Positions 43,540 through 53,049 of a stretch of DNA of 64,000 bases are shown piece after piece. Location of the stretch: assembly GCA_047602405.1 (NCBI GenBank), contig JASGHJ010000002.1, forward strand, positions 736,001-800,000. Direction: 5' to 3'. Position 1 is the stretch's first letter; every line of letters starts with the position of its first letter. Both the position numbers and the translations under genes were made by a program. The DNA is from Anaeromyxobacteraceae bacterium. GTDB taxonomy: Bacteria; Myxococcota; Myxococcia; Myxococcales; Anaeromyxobacteraceae. The notes under the pieces were generated by a model that saw only the letters and a program-made list of their open reading frames with translations, did no database searches and was not told the DNA's origin.

Positions 43540-44385
43540 ATGGCGCAGCTGGGCTTCTTCACCGACACGACCCTCTGCATCGGCTGCAAGGCGTGCGAGG
43601 TGGCGTGCAAGCAGTGGAACCAGCTCCCCGACGATGGCTTCTCGCTCACCGGGATGAGCTTCGACAACACCGCGCACGTGGGCGCGTCCACCTGGCGCCA
43701 CGTGACCTTCCTGGAGCGGGAGGAGCCGCTCGCGGGCCAGGGGTCGCCGCGGGACGGGGCCCTCGAGACGCCCGTGGCGCTCGGGCCCACCGAGCGGGCG
43801 CTCTCGAAGTTCTCCTGGCTCATGATGAGCGACGTCTGCAAGCACTGCGAGCGGGCGGGGTGCCTCGAGGCCTGCCCGACCGGGGCCATCCTGCGGACCG
43901 AGTTCGGCTCGGTGTACGTGCAGCCCGACGTCTGCAACGGCTGCGGCTACTGCGTCGTCGCGTGCCCGTTCGGCGTCATCGACCGGCGCGAGGAGGACGG
44001 GCGAGCCTGGAAGTGCACGCTCTGCTACGACCGGCTGAAGGGCGACCTCACGCCCGCGTGCGCGAAGGCGTGCCCGACGGCGTCGATCCAGTTCGGGGAG
44101 CTCGGCGATCTTCGCCTGCGCGCGCGCCGCCGGGTCGACGCGCTCGAGGCCCGCGGCGTGAAGGGCGCGTACCTGTACGGCGAGGACGCCGCGTCCCAGC
44201 CCGGCACCCAGGGGCTGCACGCGTTCTTCCTGCTCGCCGACCGGCCCGAGGTCTACAACCTGCCGCCCGACCCGGTGGTGCCGACCGCGAAGATCGTGCG
44301 GAGCTGGACGTCGATGGCCGCCGGCGTGCTCTCGCTCGCGGCGCTCGCGTTCGGGGTCGTGCTCTCCGCCCGGAGGGCGCCGTGA
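43540..44385 (+). CDS. fdhB: Formate dehydrogenase iron-sulfur (beta) subunit
   Basis: CIGCKACEVAC, CKHC...CLEACP, CNGCGYCVVACP, KCTLC...ACAKACP; C-terminal TM. Confidence 0.9.
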   Translation: MAQLGFFTDTTLCIGCKACEVACKQWNQLPDDGFSLTGMSFDNTAHVGASTWRHVTFLEREEPLAGQGSPRDGALETPVALGPTERALSKFSWLMMSDVCKHCERAGCLEACPTGAILRTEFGSVYVQPDVCNGCGYCVVACPFGVIDRREEDGRAWKCTLCYDRLKGDLTPACAKACPTASIQFGELGDLRLRARRRVDALEARGVKGAYLYGEDAASQPGTQGLHAFFLLADRPEVYNLPPDPVVPTAKIVRSWTSMAAGVLSLAALAFGVVLSARRAP

Positions 44386-45617
44386 CCCGCGCCCTGCCGC
44401 CCGGCGCCGTCGGGCCCTCCGACGGGCGCAACGTCGACCTCGAGGTCGGCGCGCTCGCGGGCGAGGCGGCGGGGCAGCTCGTCCGCGTGCAGCGGGCGCC
44501 CCCCACCTCGATCGCGGACGCGCTCCCGGAGGAGGAGCGGGAGGGCACCTACCACGGGCTCCCGCTGCTCAAGGCGCCGGTCTGGCGCTGGGAGATCCCG
44601 GCCTACTTCTTCGTGGGCGGCCTCGCGGGCGCCTGCGGCGTGCTCGGCGCGGCCGCGCGGCTCGCCGGCGGGCCGCCGGCGCGGGATCTCGTGCGCCGCT
44701 GCGCGCTCGTCGCGACGGCGGGGGCGGGCGTGTCGGCGGTGCTCCTCATCCGGGACCTCGGCCGGCCGGAGCGGTTCCTCAACATGCTGCGCGTGTTCCG
44801 CCCCACCTCGCCGATGAACATGGGCACCTGGGTGCTCAGCGGGTTCGGCGCCGCCTCCGCGCTCTCGCTGGCGCCGCACCTCCTCCCGCTCCCGCCGGCG
44901 CTCGCCGCGGTGGGGGAGGGCGCCGGGGTCGCTGCGGGGGTCTTCGGGCTGCCGCTCGTCGGCTACACCGGCGTGCTCCTCGCGAACACGGCGGTGCCCG
45001 TCTGGCAGGAGACGCGGCGGGCGCTCCCGGTGCTCTTCGCGTTCTCCGGCGCCGCGAGCGCGGGCGATCTCTTCGAGCTGTGGCGCCCGCGGGGCACCGG
45101 CGCCGCCATGGCGCGGCGGCTCGGGCTCGTCTCGACGGCCGCCGAGCTCGGCGCCGCGCTCTGGCTCTTCCGGGAGGCGGACCGGGTGCCGCGGGTGTCG
45201 CGGCCGCTCCGGCGCGGGCGCTCCGGCGCGGTGTTCGGCGCGGGGCTCGCCCTCGCGGCGCTCTCGATGGTGGCGGGGCTCGCCGCGCCCCGGCGGGCGC
45301 TCGCCCGGGCGCGCCGGCCGGGCGCGCGCGACCGGCTCCACGCGGTGGCGGGGGCCCTGGGCCTCGCCGGCACGCTCGCGATCCGGTTCGGGATCCTGAT
45401 GGCGGGCCGCGCCTCCGCGAAGGATCCGCGGGCCACCTTCGAGCAGCAGCGCGCGGGCCACGGGGCGGAGGAGCTCGTCGAGCGCGGCCGGGTCCCGCGC
45501 CCGATGCCGGCCCCGCCGGGCGTCGAGCCGACGGGCATCGCGGCGGGCCAGGGGTTCCGCGCGGGCGAGGCGTGGCAGGGCGACGGCGCGGGCGCGCCGG
45601 GACAGAGGACGACATGA
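44382..45617 (+). CDS. NrfD/PsrC-family membrane anchor subunit
   Basis: PVWRWEIPAYFF, DLGRPERF, TSPMNMGTW, YTGVLL...VPVW. Confidence 0.88.
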   Translation: MTRALPPGAVGPSDGRNVDLEVGALAGEAAGQLVRVQRAPPTSIADALPEEEREGTYHGLPLLKAPVWRWEIPAYFFVGGLAGACGVLGAAARLAGGPPARDLVRRCALVATAGAGVSAVLLIRDLGRPERFLNMLRVFRPTSPMNMGTWVLSGFGAASALSLAPHLLPLPPALAAVGEGAGVAAGVFGLPLVGYTGVLLANTAVPVWQETRRALPVLFAFSGAASAGDLFELWRPRGTGAAMARRLGLVSTAAELGAALWLFREADRVPRVSRPLRRGRSGAVFGAGLALAALSMVAGLAAPRRALARARRPGARDRLHAVAGALGLAGTLAIRFGILMAGRASAKDPRATFEQQRAGHGAEELVERGRVPRPMPAPPGVEPTGIAAGQGFRAGEAWQGDGAGAPGQRTT

Positions 45618-47035
45618 CGAACCGATGGCTGATCGCGCTGGCGGGCACCGTGGAGATGGCGTGCCTGGGGACCGTGTACTCCTGGAGCCTGTTCACCCAG
45701 CCGCTCCGGGCGGCGTTCGGCTGGTCGAGCACCGCCACCACCTGGGCGTTCGCGCTCTGCATCTTCGCGCTCGGCGTGGGGGCGGTGGTGGGCGGGCGCT
45801 GGCAGGACCGGGTCGGCCCGCGGCCGGTGGCGATCACCGGGGTGCTGCTGTGGGCGGTCGGGAACGTGCTCGCGGGCCTCGGGACGGCGAGGTTCGGCGC
45901 GCCCTGGCTCTACGCGACCTACGGCCTCATCGGCGGGTTCGGCTGCGGCCTCGGGTACGTGACCCCGGTGACCGCCGTGACGAAGTGGTTCCCGGACCGC
46001 CGCGGGCTCGGGAGCGGCATGGTGGTGATGGGCTTCGGCCTCGGCGCGTTCTTCTACAGCCAGATCCTGAAGGCCGTGCCGTCGTTCTCGGCGGCGACGA
46101 AGGAGTCCGCCCGGGCCCTCGCCGCGAACGCGGCGCTCTCGCCGGACGGCACGCACGCGGTCCTCTCCACCTTCACCACCTCCGGCATCGTCTTCGCGAT
46201 CCTGGGAGGCCTCTGCGCCGCGATGGTCCGCAACCCGCCGGTGGCGTCGCTGGCTCCCGCCCCGGCAACTTCCCCTGGAGCCGTCAGTCCCGAGCGTAGG
46301 GCCGGCACGGCCGGCCCGGAGACGAGGGAGGCCCCGGAGACGAGGGGCGGCCCGGAGACGAGGGGCGGCCCGGAGACGAGGGGCGCCCTGGCGGACATGC
46401 CCCCCTCCCAGGCCCTGCGCACCCCGCAGTTCTGGGCGCTCTGGGCGATGCTCTTCCTCAACGTGACCGCGGGCATCCTGTTCGTCTCGAACGCGGTGCC
46501 CATCCTCGTCGAGCTCACCGGCATGGCCGCGGCGAGCGCGCTCGCGCTGTACGGGTTCCTCGCGCTCTTCAACGGGCTCGGGCGGTTCTTCTGGGGGGCG
46601 GTGTCCGACCGGCTCGGCCGCAACCTCGCCTACCTCCTCATCTACGGCAGCCAGGCGATCATCTTCTTCCTCGTGGGCGGCCTGCACGCCGTGTGGCTCG
46701 TCGGCGCGCTCTTCGCGATCGTGCTCCTCGACTACGGCGGGGGCTTCGGGACGATGCCGTCCTTCACCGCCGACTACTTCGGGACGAGGTACATGGGCGT
46801 GAACTACGGGTGGATCCTGCTCGCCTGGGGGGTCGGCGGGATCGTGGGGCCGATCTTCGTCGCCGCGGTGAAGGACGCGACCGGCTCCTTCGCCGGGGCC
46901 CTGCCGGTCATCGGGTTCATCATGCTCGGCGCCTCCGTCCTGCCGCTCGTGACCCGCCGGCCGGGGACGGCGGCCCGGGAGCCGGCGGACCGGTGGTCGC
47001 ACCTCAGGCCACCCCAGCGGGCGGGTGCCCATTGA
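45614..47035 (+). CDS. OFA-family MFS transporter (oxalate/formate antiporter-like)
   Basis: GTVYSWSLF, QDRVGPR, KWFPDRRGL, NGLGRFFWG..SDRLGR, ADYFG...NYG. Confidence 0.88.
   Translation: MTNRWLIALAGTVEMACLGTVYSWSLFTQPLRAAFGWSSTATTWAFALCIFALGVGAVVGGRWQDRVGPRPVAITGVLLWAVGNVLAGLGTARFGAPWLYATYGLIGGFGCGLGYVTPVTAVTKWFPDRRGLGSGMVVMGFGLGAFFYSQILKAVPSFSAATKESARALAANAALSPDGTHAVLSTFTTSGIVFAILGGLCAAMVRNPPVASLAPAPATSPGAVSPERRAGTAGPETREAPETRGGPETRGGPETRGALADMPPSQALRTPQFWALWAMLFLNVTAGILFVSNAVPILVELTGMAAASALALYGFLALFNGLGRFFWGAVSDRLGRNLAYLLIYGSQAIIFFLVGGLHAVWLVGALFAIVLLDYGGGFGTMPSFTADYFGTRYMGVNYGWILLAWGVGGIVGPIFVAAVKDATGSFAGALPVIGFIMLGASVLPLVTRRPGTAAREPADRWSHLRPPQRAGAH
46281..46387 (+). repeat. REP-like element (long form) inside the MFS coding region, with its 3' arm present as four 18-bp tandem units (PETRGG)
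   Basis: CCGTCAGTCCCGAGCGTAG-hairpin-CGGAGACGAGGG, matching 61283-61332; CCCGGAGACGAGGG occurs four times at 18-bp spacing. Confidence 0.75.
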
Positions 47036-47078
47036 CAGCCTCTTGACCCGGACGCCCGGGCGCTCTACCACCGGCGGC

Positions 47079-48299
47079 GTGAACGACCCCCTCGGACCCC
47101 TCCTCGCGGACGGCGTCATCGACGAGATCGTGGGCCGGCTGAAGAGCGGCAAGGAGGCGGACGTCTGGCTCGTCCGCACCCACGGCGAGGTCGCGGCCGC
47201 CAAGGTCTACAAGGCGCGCCACGTCCGCAGCTTCCGGAACGACGCCGCCTACCGCGAGGGCCGCCAGGTCCGGAACACGCGCACCCAGCGGGCGATGGAC
47301 AAGGGGAGCCGCTTCGGCCAGGCGGCCTCCGAGGACGCCTGGAAGGCGAAGGAGTCCGACGCGCTCCACCGGCTCCACGCGGCGGGCGTGCGGGTGCCGC
47401 GGCCGGTGATCTTCTACGAGGGCGTGCTCGTCATGGAGCTCGTGCTCGACGCGCACGGCCAGCCGGCGCCGCGGCTCGTCGACGCGCCGCTCGGCCGCGA
47501 GCAGGGGGCCGCGCTCTACGCGGACCTCCGGCGCCAGGCGACCGCGATGCTCGCGAGCGACCTCATCCACGGCGACCTGTCGCCCTACAACGTGCTCGCC
47601 GGCGCGGCCGGGCCGGTCGTCATCGACTTCCCGCAGGTCGTGGACGCCGCCCAGAACTCGCAGGCCGAGCGCTTCTTCCTCCGCGATCTCGAGAACGTCC
47701 GCCGGTTCTGCGAGGCGCTCGATCCTGCGCTCCGCGCCGCCGAGTCGGAGGGGCGCGAGATCTGGCGGGCGTACGTCCGGCGTGAGCTCACCGCGGACTT
47801 CGTGCCCACCGGGCGCGTGCCGGCGCAGGGCGGGCACCGCCAGGGTCAGCAGGCTCAGCAGGGTCAGCCGCATCACCCTCGGCATTCGCAGCCGCAGCAG
47901 GCGAAGGCGCATCCGCAGAAGCAGCGCCCGCAAGGCCAGCGGCCTGCGCAGCCGCCGGCTCGGCCACAGCAGGGACCGAGGCCCGCGCAGCAGGGGGCTC
48001 GGCCGCCACAGCAGGGCCAGCGGCCACAGCAGCAAGGCCAGCGGCCACAGCAGCAGGGCCAGCGCCCACAGCAGGCCCAGCGGTCACAGCAGCCGCAGCG
48101 CCCGCCCCAGCGCGGGACGCCGCCGGCGCCGGAGGTGATCCGGGTGCAGCGGCTCGGGCCCCAGGCGCCGCGGCAGGGCGGAGGGCATGGGCAGGGCGGC
48201 CAGGGCCACGGCGGTCACGGCCATGGCGGGCGCGGGCACGGTGGCCACGGCCACGGTGGCCACGGCCACGGGGGCCACCGGAAGCCGGGCCGCGGGTAG
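47079..48299 (+). CDS. RIO1-family atypical kinase with Gln/Pro- and Gly/His-rich tail
   Basis: LKSGKEADV, AAKVYK, IHGDLSPYNVL, IDFPQ. Confidence 0.88.
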   Translation: MNDPLGPLLADGVIDEIVGRLKSGKEADVWLVRTHGEVAAAKVYKARHVRSFRNDAAYREGRQVRNTRTQRAMDKGSRFGQAASEDAWKAKESDALHRLHAAGVRVPRPVIFYEGVLVMELVLDAHGQPAPRLVDAPLGREQGAALYADLRRQATAMLASDLIHGDLSPYNVLAGAAGPVVIDFPQVVDAAQNSQAERFFLRDLENVRRFCEALDPALRAAESEGREIWRAYVRRELTADFVPTGRVPAQGGHRQGQQAQQGQPHHPRHSQPQQAKAHPQKQRPQGQRPAQPPARPQQGPRPAQQGARPPQQGQRPQQQGQRPQQQGQRPQQAQRSQQPQRPPQRGTPPAPEVIRVQRLGPQAPRQGGGHGQGGQGHGGHGHGGRGHGGHGHGGHGHGGHRKPGRG

Positions 48300-48308
48300 T
48301 CCGCCGCC

Positions 48309-49133
48309 TCAGATCGTGATCGCGAGCCCTTCCCGGGCCATGAAGGCCTCGGAGAAGAGCCGCTGGGCCTCGAGCTCCACGCGCGCGAGGAAGGCGTCGT
48401 CGTGATCGGGGTCGTGGTGGTACAGCGCGAGCCGCTTCACCTTGGCCTCGAGCGCGACCTCCACCGCCTGCTCCCAGCTCGAGTGGCCCCAGCCGCGGTG
48501 GCTCCGGAGCTCCTCGGGCGTGTACTGCGCGTCGTGGATGAGGAGGTCGGCGCCGCGCGCGAGCGCGACCACCTCCGGCACGATCCGGTTCCCGTGCTCG
48601 ACGTCGGTGACGTAGACGACCGAGCGGCTGCCCTCGTGCACCCGGTAGCCGTAGGCGCCGCCGGGGTGCGGGTGGCGGGAGGTCTCGACGCGCACCGGCG
48701 CCGGGAGGTCGAGCCCGCCGGAGGCGGGCTGCCAGAAGCGCACGCGCGCGCCCATGCCGGTGAGCGGCACCGGGAAGAAGTCCTGCTGCATCTGGGTCGT
48801 GAAGACGCTCTCGAGGTCGAGGCGGCTGCCGGTGCGGCCGGGGAGGGCGACGGTGAGGGTGCGCCGCGCGTCGTACGCCGGCTCGAAGAACGGGAAGCCC
48901 TGGATGTGATCCCAGTGCGTGTGCGACAGCCCGATGAAGAGGTTGTCGTGCTGCTCGACGCCGCGGGCGTGCATGTGGCGCCCCGCCTTGCGCAGCCCGG
49001 TGCCCGCGTCGAGGAACGCGATCCGCCCGGTCTCGAAGGTGAGCATGACGCAGGAGGTGTTGCCGCCGAAGCGCGAGAACTCCGGGTCGGCCACCGGGAT
49101 CAAACCCCGCGTTCCGAAGAAGGTCACCTTCAC
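48309..49133 (-). CDS. MBL-fold metallo-hydrolase
   Basis: FGTRG, GGNTSC, DAGTG, SHTHWDHIQG, TDVEH, HDAQY, WGHS, HHDP. Confidence 0.9.
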   Translation of the reverse strand: MKVTFFGTRGLIPVADPEFSRFGGNTSCVMLTFETGRIAFLDAGTGLRKAGRHMHARGVEQHDNLFIGLSHTHWDHIQGFPFFEPAYDARRTLTVALPGRTGSRLDLESVFTTQMQQDFFPVPLTGMGARVRFWQPASGGLDLPAPVRVETSRHPHPGGAYGYRVHEGSRSVVYVTDVEHGNRIVPEVVALARGADLLIHDAQYTPEELRSHRGWGHSSWEQAVEVALEAKVKRLALYHHDPDHDDAFLARVELEAQRLFSEAFMAREGLAITI

Positions 49134-49269
49134 GGTGCGTCTCCCCTGCGGGCGTGGCCGGGCGGCCCGCGCGCCGCCCGGACATGGTAACCGGGCGCGG
49201 GGTGGGGCGCTCGGTCCAGGGCCGGAGGGCTACCTTGGGCCGAACCGGAAAGAGGCCGGGGCCGGCGCC

Positions 49270-49527
49270 TCAGAACCGCCGCCAGACCTCGCGCGCGCCC
49301 GGAAAGAACCAGCCCACCGCGAACCATGCCGTCGACGCGAGGAGGCCCACCCAGCCGATGAGCCGGAGCACCGCGCCGCTCGCGGTCCAGGCGATCGGGT
49401 TGAGGAGCCAGAGCCACCTGCGGCCGCCGGTGACGTCGGAGGAGCGGAAGCGGGTGAGCCAGAACCAGAACACCGCCTGCACGGCGTAGAGGACGAGCCA
49501 GAGGCGGTCCGGGATGGGACTGGGCAT
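49270..49527 (-). CDS. Small Trp-rich membrane protein (hypothetical)
   Basis: 85 aa, two hydrophobic segments; fills the intergenic gap. Confidence 0.55.
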   Translation of the reverse strand: MPSPIPDRLWLVLYAVQAVFWFWLTRFRSSDVTGGRRWLWLLNPIAWTASGAVLRLIGWVGLLASTAWFAVGWFFPGAREVWRRF

Positions 49528-49590
49528 GGTGCCACCATCCTGCCCCACTTCGACGGAGCGTGCAGTCCTCCGGAACCTTAGAACCCCGGC

Positions 49591-50085
49591 ATGCCGACCC
49601 GACCCCCGTTCATCGTGTCCGCCGCCGACGTCCCCGAGACCGTCCACCGCTACCCCCGCAGCGAGGAGGGCATGGCGCCCTCGCGCGCGGTGGGCCGCGT
49701 CGCGGGCCTGCTGCGGATCGGCGTCCACCTCGTGCGCGTCCCGCCGGGCACGCGGACCTCCTTCCCGCACGCCGAGGAGGACGAGGAGGAGTTCGTCTAC
49801 GTGGTCGAGGGCGAGGTCGACGCCTGGGTGGACGGCGCGCTCCACCGGATGCGCGCCGGCGACCTCGCGGCCTTCCCGGCGGGCACCGGCATCTGCCACA
49901 CCTTCATCAACGACGGCGACCGCGACGCGGTCCTGCTCTCGGGCGGCGAGGCGAACAAGGCCGACAGCCGCATCCACTACCCGCTCGACCCGGGCCGCCG
50001 CGGCGACATGCCGTGGAGCCGGTGGTGGGACGACGTGCCGCAGCGCCCGCAGGGGCCGCACGACGGGCGGCCCGCGCGACGGTAG
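49591..50085 (+). CDS. Cupin domain protein
   Basis: PHAEEDEEEFVYVVEGE, AGDLAAFPAGTGICHTFIN. Confidence 0.88.
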   Translation: MPTRPPFIVSAADVPETVHRYPRSEEGMAPSRAVGRVAGLLRIGVHLVRVPPGTRTSFPHAEEDEEEFVYVVEGEVDAWVDGALHRMRAGDLAAFPAGTGICHTFINDGDRDAVLLSGGEANKADSRIHYPLDPGRRGDMPWSRWWDDVPQRPQGPHDGRPARR

Positions 50086-50193
50086 GCTCCCGGCCGGACC
50101 CGTCGACGGGGAGACGGACGCGGGCGACGTCTTCGCCTGGCTGCTCGCGAACCCGAAGCCCTGAGGCAGGGTTTCGGGCCCGCGAGGCCGCCG

Positions 50194-51906
50194 CTACCGG
50201 AGCGGCAGCGGCGCGCTCTCCTTGAGCTCCGGGAAGTCCTCCTGCCAGTACTCGTTCGGCCGGCGCGCGCCGCCGGGCACGTGCTGCTGCTCGCGCTTGC
50301 GCAGCTCGATGCGGCGGATCTTGCCGGAGACGGTCTTCGGCAGGTCGGAGAACTCGAGCCGGCGGACGCGCTTGAAGGGCGCGAGCCGGTGGCGCAGGAA
50401 CTTGAAGATGTCGAGCGCGAGCTCGCGGCTCGGCGCGACGCCCGGCTTCAGGATCACGTAGGCCTTCGGCACGAGCCCCTTCACGTCGTCCGGGCTGGGC
50501 ACCACCGCGGCCTCGGCGACCGCGTCGTGCTCGATCGCGGCGCTCTCGAGCTCGAACGGCGAGATGCGGTAGTCGGACGACTTGAACACGTCGTCCACGC
50601 GGCCGACGTAGGTGATGTAGCCCTCGTCGTCGCGGGTCGCGACGTCGCCGGTGTGGTAGTGGCCGTGGCGGGTGACGAACCGGTTGAGGTTGTCGTCGTC
50701 CTCGTAGCCGGTCATGAGGCCGGTGGGCCGGGGCGTGAGGTCGATGCTGATCTCACCCTCCTCGGCGGGCTTGCCCTCCTCGTCGAGGAGCGCGATGCGG
50801 TAGCCGGGCATCGGCCGGCCCATCGAGCCGGGCTTCATGACCTGGCCGGGCGAGTTGCCGATCTGGCAGGTGGTCTCGGTCTGGCCGTACCCGTCGCGGA
50901 TGGTGACGCCCCAGGACCGCTTCACCTTCTCGATGACCTCGGGGTTGAGGGGCTCGCCGGCGCTGAGCGCCTCGCGGAGCTTCACCGGGTAGGCGGCGAG
51001 GTCCTCGAGCACGATCATGCGCCACACGGTCGGCGGCGCGCACAGCGTCGTCACCCCGTGCTGCGCGATGACGCGCAGGAGGTCCTTCGGCACGAAGCGG
51101 GCGTAGTTGTAGACGAAGATCGACGCGCCGGCGTTGAACGGGGCGAAGAAGGTGCTCCAGGCGTGCTTCGCCCAGCCCGGCGACGAGATGTTGAGGTGGA
51201 GGTCGCCCTTCTTCAGGCCGATCCAGTACATCGTCGAGAGGTGGCCGACCGGGTAGCTCTCGTGCGTGTGCACGACCAGCTTCGGCTTCGCGGTGGTGCC
51301 GCTCGTGAAGTAGAGGAGGACCGGGTCGGTCGCGTGCGTCTCGGAGTGCGACACGAACGACGCCGGCTCCTGGTACGCCTGCTCGTAGCTGGACCAGCCC
51401 GGGACGGCCTCGCCCACGACGTGGCGGGTGAAGCTCCCGGCGAGGCCGCGGAACTTCTCGGTGGTGGCGGAGTCGGTGACGACATGCCCGACCTTGCCGC
51501 GCTCGATGCGGTCGGCCACGTCCTCGGGGGTGAGCAGCGCGGTCGCGGGGATGACCGCCGCCCCGAGCTTCATCGCCCCGAGCATGATCTCCCAGATCGG
51601 CACGCAGTTCGGCAGCATCATCATGATGCGATCGCCGCGCTTCACGCCGTGCCGGCGGAGGTACATCGCCACCCGGTTCGAGCGGTCCGCGAGCTCCGCG
51701 TAGGAGAGCCGCGTCTCCTGGCCGGACTCCTCCACGAAGTGGAGCGCGGTCCGGTCGTTCCCGTCCGCGATGATGTCGAACCAGTCGAGCGCCCAGTTGA
51801 ACCGGTCGAGCACGGGCCAGTGGAACGACGAGACCGCGGCGGCGTAGTCCTCCCGGTGCTTGAGGAGGAGGTCGCGGTGGCGGCGGAAGATCTCGGTCGA
51901 GGACAC
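50194..51906 (-). CDS. AMP-binding acyl-CoA synthetase
   Basis: YFTSGTTAKPK, SAGEPLNP, DGYGQTET, YHTGD, GRVDDVFK, LPKTVSGKIRR. Confidence 0.93.
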   Translation of the reverse strand: MSSTEIFRRHRDLLLKHREDYAAAVSSFHWPVLDRFNWALDWFDIIADGNDRTALHFVEESGQETRLSYAELADRSNRVAMYLRRHGVKRGDRIMMMLPNCVPIWEIMLGAMKLGAAVIPATALLTPEDVADRIERGKVGHVVTDSATTEKFRGLAGSFTRHVVGEAVPGWSSYEQAYQEPASFVSHSETHATDPVLLYFTSGTTAKPKLVVHTHESYPVGHLSTMYWIGLKKGDLHLNISSPGWAKHAWSTFFAPFNAGASIFVYNYARFVPKDLLRVIAQHGVTTLCAPPTVWRMIVLEDLAAYPVKLREALSAGEPLNPEVIEKVKRSWGVTIRDGYGQTETTCQIGNSPGQVMKPGSMGRPMPGYRIALLDEEGKPAEEGEISIDLTPRPTGLMTGYEDDDNLNRFVTRHGHYHTGDVATRDDEGYITYVGRVDDVFKSSDYRISPFELESAAIEHDAVAEAAVVPSPDDVKGLVPKAYVILKPGVAPSRELALDIFKFLRHRLAPFKRVRRLEFSDLPKTVSGKIRRIELRKREQQHVPGGARRPNEYWQEDFPELKESAPLPLR

Positions 51907-52089
51907 GGGGGAGCCTCCGATTCAAGATGTGGGTGGGGAGCGGGAGCAGTCTGCCAGATCGACCAGGGGAGGGGGCCCGTTCCGCCGCGGGCCGCCGCGG
52001 TCACCCCGCCGGGGTGAGGAACAGCGCCGGACGGAGGGATCGGGTACATTCCTTCGGCTCGTGTCGGAACTCGCGCCGGAGGAAGGGAA

Positions 52090-52482
52090 GTGAAGGGTCT
52101 CGCCTGGTTGACCGCATGCCTCGCCCTCGCGGGCGCGGGCTGCGCGGCGCTCCCCGAGCAGCCCGCAGGGGGCGTGACGTCCCCGGACGAGAAGAAGTGC
52201 GCCTTCGACGCGGAGTGCCCGGGCGGGTCCTGCCGCTACGGGCGGTGCTCGACCCAGGCGGCGGAGAAGCGCTGCGCGTTCGACACGGAGTGCCTCGGCG
52301 GCGCCTGCACGTTCGGGCGGTGCACCACGCTCATGGCCTCCGAGGCGAACTGCGCGTTCGACACCCAGTGCCTCGGCGGCAGCTGCCAGCTCGGGCGTTG
52401 CTCGCCGGCCCGGCGCGCGTGCGTCTCCGACGTGCAGTGCCAGGGCGGCATGCGTTGCCACGCGGGCAGCTGCTCGTTCTGA
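52090..52482 (+). CDS. Cys-rich repeat lipoprotein
   Basis: Lipobox GAGC; four CxxDxxCxGGx(x)CxxGxC repeats; purine-rich RBS. Confidence 0.8.
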   Translation: MKGLAWLTACLALAGAGCAALPEQPAGGVTSPDEKKCAFDAECPGGSCRYGRCSTQAAEKRCAFDTECLGGACTFGRCTTLMASEANCAFDTQCLGGSCQLGRCSPARRACVSDVQCQGGMRCHAGSCSF

Positions 52483-52519
52483 GCGCAGCCCACCTGGACG
52501 GTCGAAGGGGCCGACGCGG

Positions 52520-52816
52520 CTACGTCGTCTTCGCGGGCTCGAGCCGGCGCGCGTGCGCGATGGGCGTGGCGACGCCCTTCTCGTCCACGCGCACGCGATC
52601 GTGCGCGGGGCCGCGCCAGATGCTCCCGGCGATGACGCGGGCGGGGAGCCACGGGTAGGTCTCACGGCTCTTCTTCGCGACGACCACCACGGGAGACACG
52701 GGCGGCGCGTCCGGCGTGGCGGCCGGGACGCCGTCGGAGGTGAGGTGGATCGGCGGGTGATGGGCGCCGTGGGGCGCGCGCGGGCCGCGGCCGCGGTTTC
52801 TACGCTTCTTGCTCAC
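52520..52816 (-). CDS. Hypothetical basic protein downstream of infA
   Basis: 98-aa ORF filling the gap, 14 nt after the infA stop; no recognisable motif. Confidence 0.45.
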   Translation of the reverse strand: MSKKRRNRGRGPRAPHGAHHPPIHLTSDGVPAATPDAPPVSPVVVVAKKSRETYPWLPARVIAGSIWRGPAHDRVRVDEKGVATPIAHARRLEPAKTT

Positions 52817-52830
52817 GTTCCAGGAGCTCG

Positions 52831-53049
52831 TTACTTGTCGCGGTAGGTGATGCGGCCGCGCGTGAGGTCGTAAGGCGACAGCTCCACCTTCACGCGATCG
52901 CCGGTGATGATGCGGATGTGGAACCGCTTCATCTTGCCGGACGGATAGGCCAGGACGACGGGGCCCTGGTCAAGCTTCACCCGGTACATCCCACCGCTCG
53001 ACTCTTCGACCCGCCCCTGGACCTCGATGGCGGCTTCCTTCTCGCTCAA
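52831..53049 (-). CDS. infA: Translation initiation factor IF-1 (stand-alone copy)
   Basis: [11 protein letters not shown]...[37 protein letters not shown] start. Confidence 0.9.
   Translation of the reverse strand: MSEKEAAIEVQGRVEESSGGMYRVKLDQGPVVLAYPSGKMKRFHIRIITGDRVKVELSPYDLTRGRITYRDK

Noticed and set aside
31291..48280. Tandem repeats (15, 18, 21 bp) as CRISPR arrays
   Set aside because: No unique spacers, periods are multiples of 3 inside coding regions, and there are no cas genes.
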